Shown one piece after another: positions 15,470-28,829 of a DNA stretch of 64,000 bases. Source of the DNA: the human T2T-CHM13v2.0 reference genome, Homo sapiens; NCBI RefSeq assembly GCF_009914755.1, contig NC_060947.1, one strand, 5' to 3'. The position numbers and the translations under genes were made by a program. Numbering within the stretch: position 1 is the first letter of the stretch; each line of letters starts with the position of its first letter. The notes beneath the pieces are model-generated. The model saw only the letters and a program-made list of their open reading frames with translations. It searched no databases and was not told where the DNA came from.

Positions 15470-15650
15470 GCTGCACAGTGCTTGACGGCTTGCAGGGCAA
15501 TTTTATATCCATCACCTCATTTGATCTTCAGACATCCCTGTGAGAGAGGCCAGACATTCTTATAATCCCCATTTTACAGTTAGGGAAATGAGGCTCAGAG
15601 GCATTACATTTGGTTGAGGTCACATAGCTAGGAAGCGGTAGAGCTACAAA
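15470..15650 (+). mobile_element. MIR SINE
   Basis: MIR core CCCCATTTTACAG..GGAAATGAGGCTCAGAG..GGTCACATAGCTAG; boundaries approximate. Confidence 0.7.
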
Positions 15651-15821
15651 ATCATATTACCCTCTAGTAGAAATGTAGTCAGTAACATCCCAAGACAGGG
15701 GAGAGGGATCAGAATTGGATTACAATAGAAGACTAGAAACCAGGATGGAAACATGGGACTGGTGGCTGAGCAAGCAGCCATTACTCATAGTGACTACTCT
15801 CTATCCTTCTTATCCTGCCAG

Positions 15822-15873
15822 CCAGCTGTGGTGCATCTACAGGGCCAAGGGTCAGCAATTCAAGTCAAGAATG
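15822..15873 (+). CDS. EDA: EDA coding exon 6, start of TNF homology domain (PAVVHLQGQGSAIQVKN)
   Basis: ctgccag acceptor, G|gtaaga donor, 52 nt. Confidence 0.95.
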
Positions 15874-17283
15874 GTAAGAATCAAAATAGGCTCTCTCCCA
15901 AAGAGGAGCTTCTCCCCTGCCTCCTCCCCAGCCTCCAAATAATCACCCAGCCTAGTTCCTCCCAGGCCGCTGAGGTACCGTTGGCATACGAAGTCATTCT
16001 TTGCTCCATCATGCCCTCTACTGGCTGTCCTGAGCAATTGCTGGCATCAAGACCAGTTGCTACACCCAAATTGCTTTAGAATCACTGATGACGGAGCTGA
16101 AAGGGACTTGAGACATCATCTAGCCCAGGCATTCTCAGGGGATGGAGGTTATATCAGAGCCACCATGGAGATATGTGTAGTTAGATTAATATTTTCACAA
16201 TACAAATTATAGAAAGTAAAACTATGTAAAATTAAATTTTTCTTGTCTGATCTACACAGGTGGGCAGACAGGCTGCATCTCTCAGGGAAGGTGGGGCATG
16301 TTAGAATCTCCAGGGAATTTAAGATGCTAGTGTCTATCAAAAAGGAGAACATGTTTAATGGGGTTAAGAAACACTGATTTGTTGTAATCCCTGCATTTAA
16401 AAGATGGGGAAACAGAGTCCCAGAGAGATTGGATAATACCATAATAAATCATGCTGTCTCATATTTGTACGATACTTTAGAGTTCTCAGCATACTTTCTT
16501 TGTCTTTAATTTCATTCAGTCCTCACAACCACCCTATGAGGTAGGTATGAGCTCCTTTTTACAAGACAGAAAGTGAAGTTCAGAGAGATTAATTAAGTTT
16601 CCCAATATTTCTTAGTCAAGTTAGTTTAGGAGCCAGGATTCAAAACTACATCTTTCTGACTCTTTCCTCTCCCCTGTGCTACTTCAGTGATATGTATGTA
16701 CACTCCACTGAATGATTAGGTTCATTTTCTTCCCCCAAAGAAACATGAACATTCATGAAAGAACAGCACTTTGGAATAATGTCCAGTCCCCAGAGTGCAC
16801 AAAGCCTAAAATGCGTGAACCCCCAGGAGCCTTGGGAAGCAGCAAGCTAGCCAAGATGCCAGATGCTTACAGAGCTTGGGGTGGAAGGGAGGGGTTGTGA
16901 GTACAGAAACGGTAAAGGAAGGTTAAAAAAAACAGCTACATGGGGACAGTTTCTAAGAACTCAGTCAGTCCTGAACTGGCTGTGCTGAGTTTCCTTAATG
17001 ACTGTATTTAGCTACTTCCCTGACTGCCACCTCCATGTCTGACTTAGTAGCCTCAGAAGTGTAAATAGGAACACAATGGCACCAAAACCCAATTGGTCCT
17101 GCTGGGGACCCCAAGGCCCTGAGTGGGCCATGATCCCCACCTGTCCAGGGAGGCCAGAGACAGGCCAAAATAGATTTGTTTGGATATCTAGATGGATAGT
17201 GTTTATTCTGTGCTAGCAGCCACTGATTTTGCTCCCACTGCCACATAATAAGATTGTTTCCAGCCCCTCTGGGCCAATCCTCA

Positions 17284-17633
<350 letters not shown>

Positions 17634-18749
17634 AGAAGAAGTGATGGGGTCAGGGGTTGGAGGACGTCATGCAGAGTGGTCCATTGATGGGACAGAGCCA
17701 GGGCAGCTCCTAGCCCATCTACTTACCACCTCAAGGAAAGATGGTCACCTTTTCCAGAAAGGCTGTTTCCTCACCCCTCAGACAGGCAGGCCTACTGAAA
17801 CTGGCCAAAGATGGACTTATAAAATATAATTTCTTGGGTGCAGGATGGATGGCTTAGAGGGGAAAAGGCTCCCTGGGCTTGGATGTCCTCCTCTCATGGT
17901 GGGAAGGAACATTCCTCTTTCTGCAGGATGGAAAGAGAAGTTTTTCCTCCATCCTCACACACTGGCTTCCGCTGTCCAAAGGAGTGTGACTGCCCCCTCC
18001 ACCCCTGCCTGGGGTGGGGCTGAGACAGATGCTTTGCCAAGGGTGGCTCGGCTCCTATCCTCCCAGCTGGCTCTATTGCAGCCTGCCAGTCTATCCTTCA
18101 CTCTCATAAGGATCCCTCTCACCTATGGGGCCCTGGTACTAGTGGTCAGTAGCCCCAGTTACCATGGAGTCTGAATCATCTCTAATCCCTAAGGTTCTCC
18201 AGATAGACAGTGGGCTGAGTGGTTTCCTCCCAGGGAGGCTTTCCAGAAAGCTGTGGGTGTGGAAGAACCGTAAAAAAGAATCTCTTAAGGAGAAAGAGAA
18301 AACCCATGAACCTATGAGATGAGAGGGATTCAGGAGCTCTGGCTGGGAAAGTAAAATTGAATAATAAGACCTAGCCTGCCACTCAGTGTCTGAATTTTGC
18401 CTGTGCAGGCCCCATAACAACAAAGAAAATAGGGCAGCATGCCCACTCTCATCCTCCACCGGCAAATTCCAGCTAGAAGGTATTGGTTAAAGACCCTTCC
18501 AGATGCAAGGGTCAAGAAAGGAAGGATAAAGACAGACAGGCAGAGCCCAGGAGCCCTGAAGCAGGCCTGGCAGCTGCTTTACAAACAGAACAGCTTCTCT
18601 GCTTTCAAATGCTCTTCTTAAAGTTTGGCCTTCTAGGCTACCCTGGTTGCACTGGGATAGGGGTGGGGGTTGTGAACTCCTTGGTATTTATTTTCTGTTG
18701 CCTCGATTATTCTGACATGTACTGAGTGACTGCCCTTCTCTCATACTGA

Positions 18750-18998
<249 letters not shown>

Positions 18999-20524
18999 TG
19001 AGGGGGTGGGGGGACCGCACTGGGAGGGAGTTGAAAGGAGGAAAGAGAGAGGGGGCCAGCTTCTTTTGTTTTGTTTTGTTTTGTTTTTCCCTAGCAAAAA
19101 ATTATTGAAAAACTGTGAAAAAGACCCCTCCCACACCCTGCCATCTGATTCCCTCCTGCAGGGCCTCAGGCCCCTGTTTACCCTCTGAGCTGTTTGGCTG
19201 CACTGCCAAACTTGAACTTGGTCTCAGTACATTCTTTGAAAGTCAGTTCCAGGGTTACTGAGAACCCTTTCCCTCAACACTGCTGGCTCGGACGTTGTAA
19301 TGAATAGTGCTCCTGCAGACTTTCTTTCCACCTCAAAAAGATTTCTGACTGTCTTTCCTTCCTCTTTCTCCCATTTGTTTCCCTATCTTTCTATTCCTCT
19401 ATTCTTGCCTCCTTCCTGCTGTCATTCTCCCAGCCCTTTCTCCCTCTGCTTTTGTCCTCTTCCTGCCCTGGGCCCGCTCCCCAAGTCCACCAGTGTCCAT
19501 CTACTTCCGTTCCCCCATTGTTTGCCTCCATGGGAGTGGCTCCTTGGAGATAAAGGAAGATGAGCCATGAGGTTGGGATTTTTGTGGGATGGGCAGCAAG
19601 CAGGCAGGTGGACAGAAGGACTATGGAGCCAACAGATGGGTGTCACATGAGAGCGGCCAGAGAAGGTGGGCTAACAAGCATCTGCTAGGCACACTGAGCA
19701 CCCCGCTGTAGCTTGGGTCCTGACCCGTATATGGCACCCAAATATGCTGTTCCCACCTGAAGAGCTGATAGAGGGAGTGACCTTTCATAAAATGATTTAC
19801 GGTGATATCTGAGAGTCCCAACACCCATGGGGCACATGGGCATAACCCTGATGTCCTGTGAGCCAAGTTCCACGTGGTGGGGGTGGGCGGCAGATCAAAA
19901 CTTGGTGTGAGGTATGATGGATAAGGGTAGTGAAGGATGGAAAAATTAATTTTCTGAGCCTAGGAGAGAATTGAGAGTGGCCCATGCAGGCTGGGAAAAT
20001 CCCCATGACATTAGGCCACTGAGCATAAGTTAGTGCTTCCTTCTGGCCACAAAGTTAGGGGCCTGGGCTTTTCCAAATTCTTTGTCTTGTTTGTGGTAGC
20101 TAGCTCTCGATCTCTCTGGACCTGTTTCCTCAATCATCAGATGGGAGGCCCAAGGGGCACTGTGAATCAGTGAGGGGAGTCCAGGCCCAGGGGAGGGGTG
20201 GTGCAAGCTGAATAAGCTTCTGTTAAGGAGCTCAAGAAATCACAAGTTGTTACATGCCCTCTCTGGGGAATCAGTGACTTCTAAGTTTCTCCACAAATAG
20301 TCCGTGGGGCTCAAGAATGGAAGTCAGTTTGTGTCCACGGCACTGTGTACACACCTGCTACGTGCAGAGCACTCTGCTTCATGTCAGGGCTGGGGCAGGG
20401 GTGGGCGGGGGAACAGGGGCACGGTGAAGCTGCAAATAGGGCATGGTTCTTAGCCTTACAGAGTTTGCGACAAGTGTGCTGTTGTAAGAAAAGTTTGCTC
20501 AGCCAGCTGAGCCCCATGGACTAG

Positions 20525-20962
<438 letters not shown>

Positions 20963-23900
20963 ATTCCCCCCATTTTGCCTCTGTCCGTGCCCCTTCCCTG
21001 GGTTTGGGAGCCAGGACTCCCAGAACCTCTAAGTGCTGCTGTGGAGTGAGGTGTATTGGTGTTGCAGCCGCAGAGAAATGCCCCAGTGTTATTTATTCCC
21101 CAGTGACTCCAGGGTGACAAGGCCTGCTTGACTTTCCAGAATGACCTTGAGTTAACAGGACAGTTGATGGAGCCCCAGGGTTTACATGAAGCAGAACCTT
21201 CTTTGGTTCCATGTTGACTGACTTATGGCATGACTCTTCAACCCCGAGGTCCCTGTTGTCAGATCTATTGTTTGTTGCACTAAAATGAGGATCCAGGGCA
21301 GCAGGCCAGAGAAAGCAAAGGTGCACTCCAGACTCTGGGGGTGGACATCTGACCCCAAGGGGGCTGCTGCTCCTCTCTTGGGTAGGGTAGTGGCTGGGGT
21401 GGAGTGGGAAGGGAGCATTGCAGCCTAAGAAGAAGGCCAGAGAGGGAAAAGGCAGGTGCTTTTGGCAGAGACCATAAGAGAAACCTGCCAAGGAGCATCC
21501 TTGGCAGTGGGAATGTTCTTTCTGCTCTATACTGTGGCCTGCAGGAGGGTTGGAGTGCTCTTCCCACTCCAGCTGACAGCCACACCGTGGCAGCTTGCTG
21601 GGCTTTGGGAAGTTTGCTGTGCTTTGGAACAATCACAGGGAATGGCCACAAACCTGCCCGCCTAAGACCCTGAATCCGTACTTGGGTCACATGACTCTCA
21701 TTTTATTTACAGCTGTGCTCCACACTCAGAAAATTCCCTGGGGTCACCTTCTAGTTGCCCCCATTCCCAGCCTGACTAGAACTCCTGTCTTCTTTCTCCA
21801 TGGAGCCTACCTCTGTCTGAGACAGGTGCCTAACCTGGGACCTGTGGTCATGTGAGTCTGGGATATTCTTTAGCTTACCTGGGCACAAACAGAATTTTCC
21901 ATTTATTAAGCAGTACAAATGTTTTTCATCCATTCCTAATCAAATTCTGTCTGGGGACGAAGGGTTGGACGGGATGACCTCCAGAAGTCCCTTCAATTTC
22001 TAGTACCTGTGACTCTTAGCCCTCACCACAGCCTTCTAAATTCCCAAATCCTAGACTGCTCCTGGGCATTAGCAAGGCAGAGCCTTTTTACCTGGCCTAG
22101 AAAGGGCAAGGGGTGAGGATAGGACAGAGGGATTTTGTTCAAGTTTGCTGCAACCCAAGTGGACGTTAGGCCAGGCCTTATCTGAAAGGCCAGCAGCTGA
22201 TGCTGTACTAACCCAGTCTTTCTTCACTCTGGCTTCAAAAAGCCACAGCAGAGCATTGTCACCGCAGGTGCTCATGCTGCTCCCCTAAAGCCAGGCTCAG
22301 GAGAAGCCAGTGTCTAGGCACTGAGCAGGGATCTGCCCCCTAGTTCAGGTCCAAATTCACCTTCCCCTAAACCCCAAGCTTCCCAACAGATCATATGGTA
22401 GGACCCTCGAGAGCCTTACTTCAAAGTGCCTGGGCTCAGCCTGGTTTCTGGGTGCTAGATCCAGCCCAAACCTGGGAAGGCCAGCCTTGTACAGTCTGCT
22501 CCTCTTGTTCCTGAAATGTGTTTCCTTTTCAGGAGATGGGGAATAATTTCCTTCAGGCAGCTGAAATTCACCAAGAACAGCGGGTACTTATTTCTCAGCT
22601 GTGCCTTCCCTTTCTAAGCAACCACACTGCTTGGCCCTTCAAGGGTCAGGGTGAGACGTGATGGGCTAGGCCTCCGTTGTCTGGTTGCTAATGACAGCCT
22701 TACAACCCAAGGTGAGGTGAACTCCAGGCATGTGTCTGGCCCTAACTCCTATAAAGTGCCTCGGACAGTCCGCAGTTGTAGCAGAAACCAACAAGAACCA
22801 CTCCTTCATGTTTGGAAAATAATTTCTCTTGTATTATCTCCTTTGAAGAAGGCAAGGCTGATAATATGACAAACATCATTGTTTAGATGAGGCTCAGAGA
22901 GGTAGCACTCTCAGAGTGTTTTGACCAGTTTAAGCCGCAGACCTGGAGCTTCAGCCAGGTCTGACTCCAAAGCTGTTCCATTACACCACAGCATTGTGTG
23001 GAATTTGAGGTCTAGAGAGAACCAATAAAAGTGGTAATTGGGAACTGAAATCCTTGAGAGTTCCGGGGAGAAACCCAGAGATGCCTGATTTCATTCCTCG
23101 ATGGTAATACCCGTCCTCTCGGCTGCCAGGGGCTCTGTGGCAAAAAGAGTCAGACATTTCTTTGGAAAACAGCGAACAGCCTTAGAGCTCTTGTGTTCAG
23201 AAGAATCTTCCTGGCACAATGTTGGAGCAGCAGGCCTCTGGGACCCACAGAACTTGTGGCCTTTATGTTCTTTCACCCATCCTAGGAACCAGCCAACCAT
23301 CATGTGTAGAGCCCCTACTGTGGGCAAAGTCCTCCTTTCATTACCCTACAGACAGCTTACAGGAGCCAGCCTGCTTCCCACAACTACTAGTGTGACTCCT
23401 TATCTCTTTCCACCATACCTTAGAGACTTTGATACTACCAGGGTCTCTCAGGGATGGAGGGAAGACCTGAAAGAGAGGACTGGTTCTGAGGCCAGAAAGG
23501 TGTGAGGAGAGAGGAGGAAAAGTCTTCCTAATTGTGCCCCTAAAGAGCATCCTGATACCATTCTATTCTCCAGACATGGAGGGGATGATAAAGGAAATAG
23601 GATCTCCACTGGACCCTTGATTCATTCTGAACCCTCCAAAGGAACTCTAGAGGGCGAGGGATGATGAGGGAAGCAATAGGTAGCTGGGGAGCCCTATTGC
23701 TGCTAAGTCATTGGCAAAGTGACAAAGCAATTTACTGATGAGAGAATGTGGAAATAGATGTGCAGTTTGGAATTATGTTGGTGTGAATTTGCCAGAGGAC
23801 CAATGCTTGCATGGAGAATGGGACGAGGACATTTGTGGGCAAGCAGATGACAGAGGTTTGAAGGAGAATGGCATGGCAGGAGTCTCTGCCAGTTACTTGG

Positions 23901-24820
23901 GCTTCAACAGCCAAGCTGGCACAAAAGACAGCTGGCGGAGGCTGCTCGGCTACTGGTTACCTGGAGAAGTAGTATTTGCCTATTTCCCCCTTCATCCATC
24001 CTGAGCCAAATTTCTTTTGCTGAACAGGAAAGAGCTAGGAACCCTGGAGGTAAACAAAGACTTTGATCCATGTATGAGTGTATGTGTTTATGTAACTTCC
24101 TGTGGATGCAAATAGATTCAGAGAAATTTAGAGCTAAAAAGGCCCTTAGAGGGAATCTAGCCCAACCTACATTCCACCCTGTTACTTATGTAGAAACTGA
24201 GGCCCAGAGAGGGAAGATGACCTGCCCCAAGTGGTGAGCAAGCACCAACCTCCAGACTCAGCAGAGTGAGGGGGTAAAGCAGTTCCTGTCCCACATGGCC
24301 ATCTTCTTTCTTCCACCCACAAACTCCAGGCTGGAAGTACTTGGCCCCCTTCAGGAGCCTGGCCAGGCAGGGAGAGAGTAGCTGCAGCCTTCATCAGAAC
24401 TCTTCCTCCTCCCAAGGCATTCTCCCAGCTCTAGCCTCTGGACTGGAAAGCACAAGACTGGCCCAGTGCCAGCAAGTCCTTAGGCTACTGTAATGCTGCC
24501 TCAGGACCCATCCCTGCCTGGAGGCTCCTCTAGGCCCTGTGAGCACAAAGAAGAAAGCTGATTTTTGTCTTTTAATCCATTTCAGGACTCTCTCCAGGAG
24601 GGCTCGGGGTGTGTCATTTCTATATTCCTCCAGCTGGGATTGGGGGGTGGGCTTTGTTGTGAGAATGGCCTGGAGCAGGCCCAATGCTGCTTTTGGGGGT
24701 CAGCATCCAGTGTGAGATACTGTGTATATAAACTATATATAATGTATATAAACTGGGATGTAAGTTTGTGTAAATTAATGGTTTATTCTTTGCAAATAAA
24801 ACGCTTTCCCCGTCTGTTCT
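20963..24820 (+). other. EDA: EDA 3' UTR (about 3.9 kb)
   Basis: From stop codon to about 20 nt past AATAAA at 24795; exact cleavage site inferred. Confidence 0.75.
24795..24800 (+). terminator. EDA polyadenylation signal AATAAA
   Basis: Canonical hexamer preceded by several TGTA motifs. Confidence 0.8.
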
Positions 24821-25012
24821 TGAAATCGGCGTGAGTACTTCCTACATGTTAGGTGCTTCTTTGCAAATGACGCCACACATGAGCTAGGGGAAGGACTAAG
24901 GCACCCATTTCAGAGGCAGCAACAGAAGGAAGATGGTCTGAATTTCCTGTTGGAACATCCCACATTCTCTCCATGCCTCAGACCACACTCCCACATCCCC
25001 ATTACCTTAGGT

Positions 25013-25241
25013 CAGGGTGTCCAGTCTTTTGGCTTCCCTGGGCCACATTGGAAGAATTGTCTTGGGCCACACATAAAATACACTAACACTAACAATAGCT
25101 GATGAGCTAAAAAAAAAAAAAAAAAAAAAGTCACAAAAAATTCTCATCATGTTTTAAGAAAGTTTATGAATTTGTGTTGGGCCCCATTCAAAGCCATCCT
25201 GGCCCACATGTGGCCCGCAGGCCACAGGTTAGACAACCTTG
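25013..25241 (+). mobile_element. MER30-type hAT (Charlie) DNA transposon
   Basis: Imperfect terminal inverted repeats (CAGGGTGTCC / AGACAACCTTG), internal A-run, perfect 8-bp TSD CCTTAGGT at 25005-25012 and 25242-25249. Confidence 0.88.
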
Positions 25242-25909
25242 CCTTAGGTCTTCTGTGACTGTGACCACATGACCGGTAGGCTAGATGTCCTGCCAAAAGG
25301 AACATTGTCCTGGGGCAGCAATACACAGAACTGACTCACTCTCAGCTTAAGAATGTGGCATCTACAAAAGATACTTCAGGCCTGGGCCCCAAATAGCCTG
25401 GGTAGACCCAGCCTCCAGCTCATTTTGCAGATGAGGAAACCAACACTTTAATTTGAATTTAAGTGGCTCACCCAGAGTTACCCAACTAGTAAGTGTGTCA
25501 ACCTGGTCTGATTCCTTCCCAGCCGAGGCTGCTGTTACCTGGGAAAGTAGTATTTGCCTATTTTCCCCTCCATCCATCCTGAGCCAAAATCAATAAGGAA
25601 GAGGCTCACATGAAAAAGACCAGATTGCAGCTCAAGAACACGTAGCTCAAGAGAGGTCTTGCGCTTTTCACAACCCCAGCAGCCTTTCCCCCAGCCCCCC
25701 GCCAATCTTTTGGCTTCCCTGGGCCCGCCCCTGTGCCATCGTATAGGTGGAACAATGTGCACACAGCAGACCACGACAAACCTGCAATGGCCAGGTGTGC
25801 ATGGGCTGGGTGTTGGAGCCCAGGCTGGTCCTATGGCCACCTTAGAGGTTTGTTTGTTTGTTTTTTAAGGAAACCAGTCACAGGAAAGCTACAGACTGTT
25901 TAAAAACAC

Positions 25910-25915
25910 TTTATG
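25910..25915 (-). terminator. Candidate variant poly(A) signal CATAAA for AWAT2
   Basis: Variant hexamer on the minus strand about 1.2 kb past the stop; use is inferred only. Confidence 0.4.
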
Positions 25916-27159
25916 GAAGCTCAGGGAAAACGTAATCTCTGGCACAAGAAGTAACAAAGACAGCAGAAAAGCAGAAGCATGTCTTTGGCCACTGTATACA
26001 AATCATCACATGAGGCAGGCACCCAGGATAGAGGCAGCAGCTCACACTGCAGTAAACACGCAGGATGTTGTAGACCAAATTGACCAACGTAATGCAGGTA
26101 AATCACTGGACCAAATGGCACCCACCCAAGAGGGATGGAATGAGAGGGATGTGAGCCAAATTTTGTAGCCTGTCATTGCAACAGCCATTAGACCAAGAGT
26201 CTGAGAGACTTGCCATTCAGAAGGAGAGTTCTTTATGGCTGCTAAAAGCCAGGCGCCTCATTTTCATCCTGAGCAGGCTGGCTGACTCTCAAACAAAGGC
26301 CAGAATTATAGGGCCACACAAGTATAGGCAAGTTGCTGAGGGAATGACAGAGAAAATTAGGCCTGAGCCCAACCCATTCTGTTACAGCTTTGTGAGGCAG
26401 AAACTGAGTGAGGGCTAGTGGGTAGCAGAGGGTATTTCGGGCGTTGTTTGCTCAGGGACAGGAAATGGGTAAAATGGTTGGAGAAGAAAATGGTGTAGCT
26501 CTCCAGTTTATAAAGTTCAATCACATCCAATATTGTTTGATCTTCCCAACGGCCTTTGAGGTAAGCAAGAGACAGATTGTTAGTCTCATTTTATAGAAGA
26601 AGAAAGGAGGCTCAGAGGTGACTGATTGCCCCAAAGTCACATGGCTTGAAGTTGGTGGAGCTTAAACTCAAAGCCCACTGGCTCTCAAGGCCCCAGTCCT
26701 ACTCCTGTAGGAAGCAGGACTCAATGCCAGAAGATGGGGCTCAATGCCGGGAGATGGGGCTGTTTGACAGCTAGAGAAGGAGAGACATGCATCCCAGAGC
26801 CTTCAAAACAGAGTAGTTGGTGCACACGCAGTTATCAGAAGATGGGCTTTTTATTTTGTCCATTGTTTTCCTCAATGCTGGCACCAAAGTGCCGTCAGGG
26901 CACCTCTCCCCTAGGCTCTTCCCTGTTTCTTGGGACTATCTCACCAGTAGCTGCAAAGAAAGGGCAGAAAAGAGCTGGAAGGAAAAAAAAGGAGGTGGGA
27001 AAAGGAGTGCAGAAAACAAGCAAATGAACAAACAGCCCCTCCCCATAAGGAGGACTGGTCAAATCAGGAGCGGGAGCCTGATAGGTGACTTTTGTCCTCC
27101 TGTTCTCACTGGGTCCATCCATACCTTCCAGCCAGGGTGAAGGCTACTGGGGATGTCTG

Positions 27160-27314
27160 TCAAATTATCTCCAGCTCCTGGGTCTCTGAGATACCAAACT
27201 TGGTCTTATGCTGGTCAAACAGTTTACGTAGGGCATCAATATAGAGTGTGTGATATTTAGCCACGATCTCCTGGCTTGGATTCTCAATCTTGGGCATTGG
27301 TAGAGGCTCCCCGA
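27160..27314 (-). CDS. AWAT2: AWAT2 coding exon 7 (VGEPLPMPKIENPSQE...QELEII-TGA)
   Basis: tggcag acceptor; DGAT2-family VGEP motif; stop at 27162-27160. Confidence 0.95.
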
Positions 27315-27538
27315 CTGCCAGGGGAGACAGTGAAGGAAAAGGGAAAAGCATCAGAATAGCTCATTCCTCAGAATGGGCCCCAGGCTTCAAGCCCAGACTC
27401 TTCCCCATCCTCACCTCAAAAAGCTGCCACTCATCCCAGCCAGCCTCCCTGCCTCTGAGCAGAGTCAGAGCTGAGGTTCAGCCTCAGAGCTAGATCCTGT
27501 GTCCTAGACTCAGGCTGCCAGCAGAAACGCCCACTCAC

Positions 27539-27738
27539 CGATGGTGGTTACAGGCCGACTATAGGGCAGAAGGCCCCAGGAGTTCTTGGTGAAGCCACGT
27601 CCATAGAAAGCACAAGGGTAGATGTGTACCATGCTCTGGAACCACTTCTGGAAGCGGTTGACAAAGCCACCAGGAGTGAAAATGTGCTGATCATAGAGGT
27701 CCGTCTCCCCAAAGGCATAGGCAGGTATTAGAGGCACC
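27539..27738 (-). CDS. AWAT2: AWAT2 coding exon 6 (VPLIPAYAFGETDLY...PVTTI)
   Basis: ctgcag acceptor, G|gtgagt donor; DGAT2/MOGAT-type PxYxFGE motif. Confidence 0.95.
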
Positions 27739-28420
27739 CTGCAGAGCAAAAGCATATCTTCTGAAGCCCAGAAAGGTAGGGACCTTGTCGAATGCCAGAC
27801 ACGCTGACGGCGCATGATCCCTGGGTCTGCCTACAGGCTTCTCAGACCCCAGTCCAGCTGTGCCTAGGTCCAAGTTGAGTGTGGGGGCTCCATGGCCTAC
27901 CCCTGGCTGCCTGTGGGAGCAAAGTAGCAGTAAGCTAAAGAAGGAGGCAAGCCCAGACCCTCCTGGGAACCCCTGGGTCTGAAACGCTGGAAAGTAAGAC
28001 CCAAGGGCCATGCCAGTTGATTTTCTTCACTTTAACACAAGCTAAGCTTGGCTCTCTCTGAGACAGGGTTGTTGCCAGTCCCCTTGTATAGAGGGGCCGG
28101 CCCAGATGAGAGGCTGGTGTGAGGGAGAACAGGCTCAGGGCTGGCCCTCTGCCCATTCTGCTTCAGCAGAAATGCCTCCAGGACCTGGCCCCAGCTCTTC
28201 AACCCAGAGGTGGCTTTCCTCCTCCCTCTTTTTTTTTTTTAACTTATTTATTTTTTTAATTGACAAATAAAACTTATCTTTCTGATGACCATAGTTCGTA
28301 AGAATGTATTGTATACTTCCTCCTCTCTCTGTGGATGTCCTTTCATCAAAACCCCCTCTTCTTCTTTCCCTGCAACACTTTTGGATCCCTTCCGCCAGCC
28401 TGGACTGGAGCTGTCCTTAC

Positions 28421-28595
28421 CCATGCTGAAGGGCCATGCGCACAAAGCCAGACCGGTTCTTCAACACCAGGGTAGAAGAACCTGGCAGGCTGTATCTGCA
28501 CTCAGCCAGTCCACCAATCACCACAATGACCATGTTGCCTGTGCCTTTATGAGTCAGCAGAAAGTCAATGGAGGATCGACTCACAGAGCAGGCCC
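28421..28595 (-). CDS. AWAT2: AWAT2 coding exon 5 (ACSVSRSSIDFLL...GGLAE...RSGFVRMALQHG)
   Basis: accag acceptor, GG|gtaagg donor; GGxxE and RxGFxxxAxxxG motifs. Confidence 0.95.
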
Positions 28596-28829
28596 CTGGT
28601 GGATAGAAAAAGCCAAACAGCCACTGGTCACTTCCCAAACCCCTACATTTCCTTTCTACTGCTTCAAAGGAGGGGGAGTGCAAGGAGCCTAACATCAGGC
28701 AGGTGAGCCTATGATAGCTGTTTCACACCAGAGGGGATTGGGAGCTGGCCTTGCTCTCACGCATCCCCCTACAATTCTCCCTTGGGGAGCCATTTTTTCT
28801 TTGGCTTTGTGTCCTAGGAGCCAACTTAC

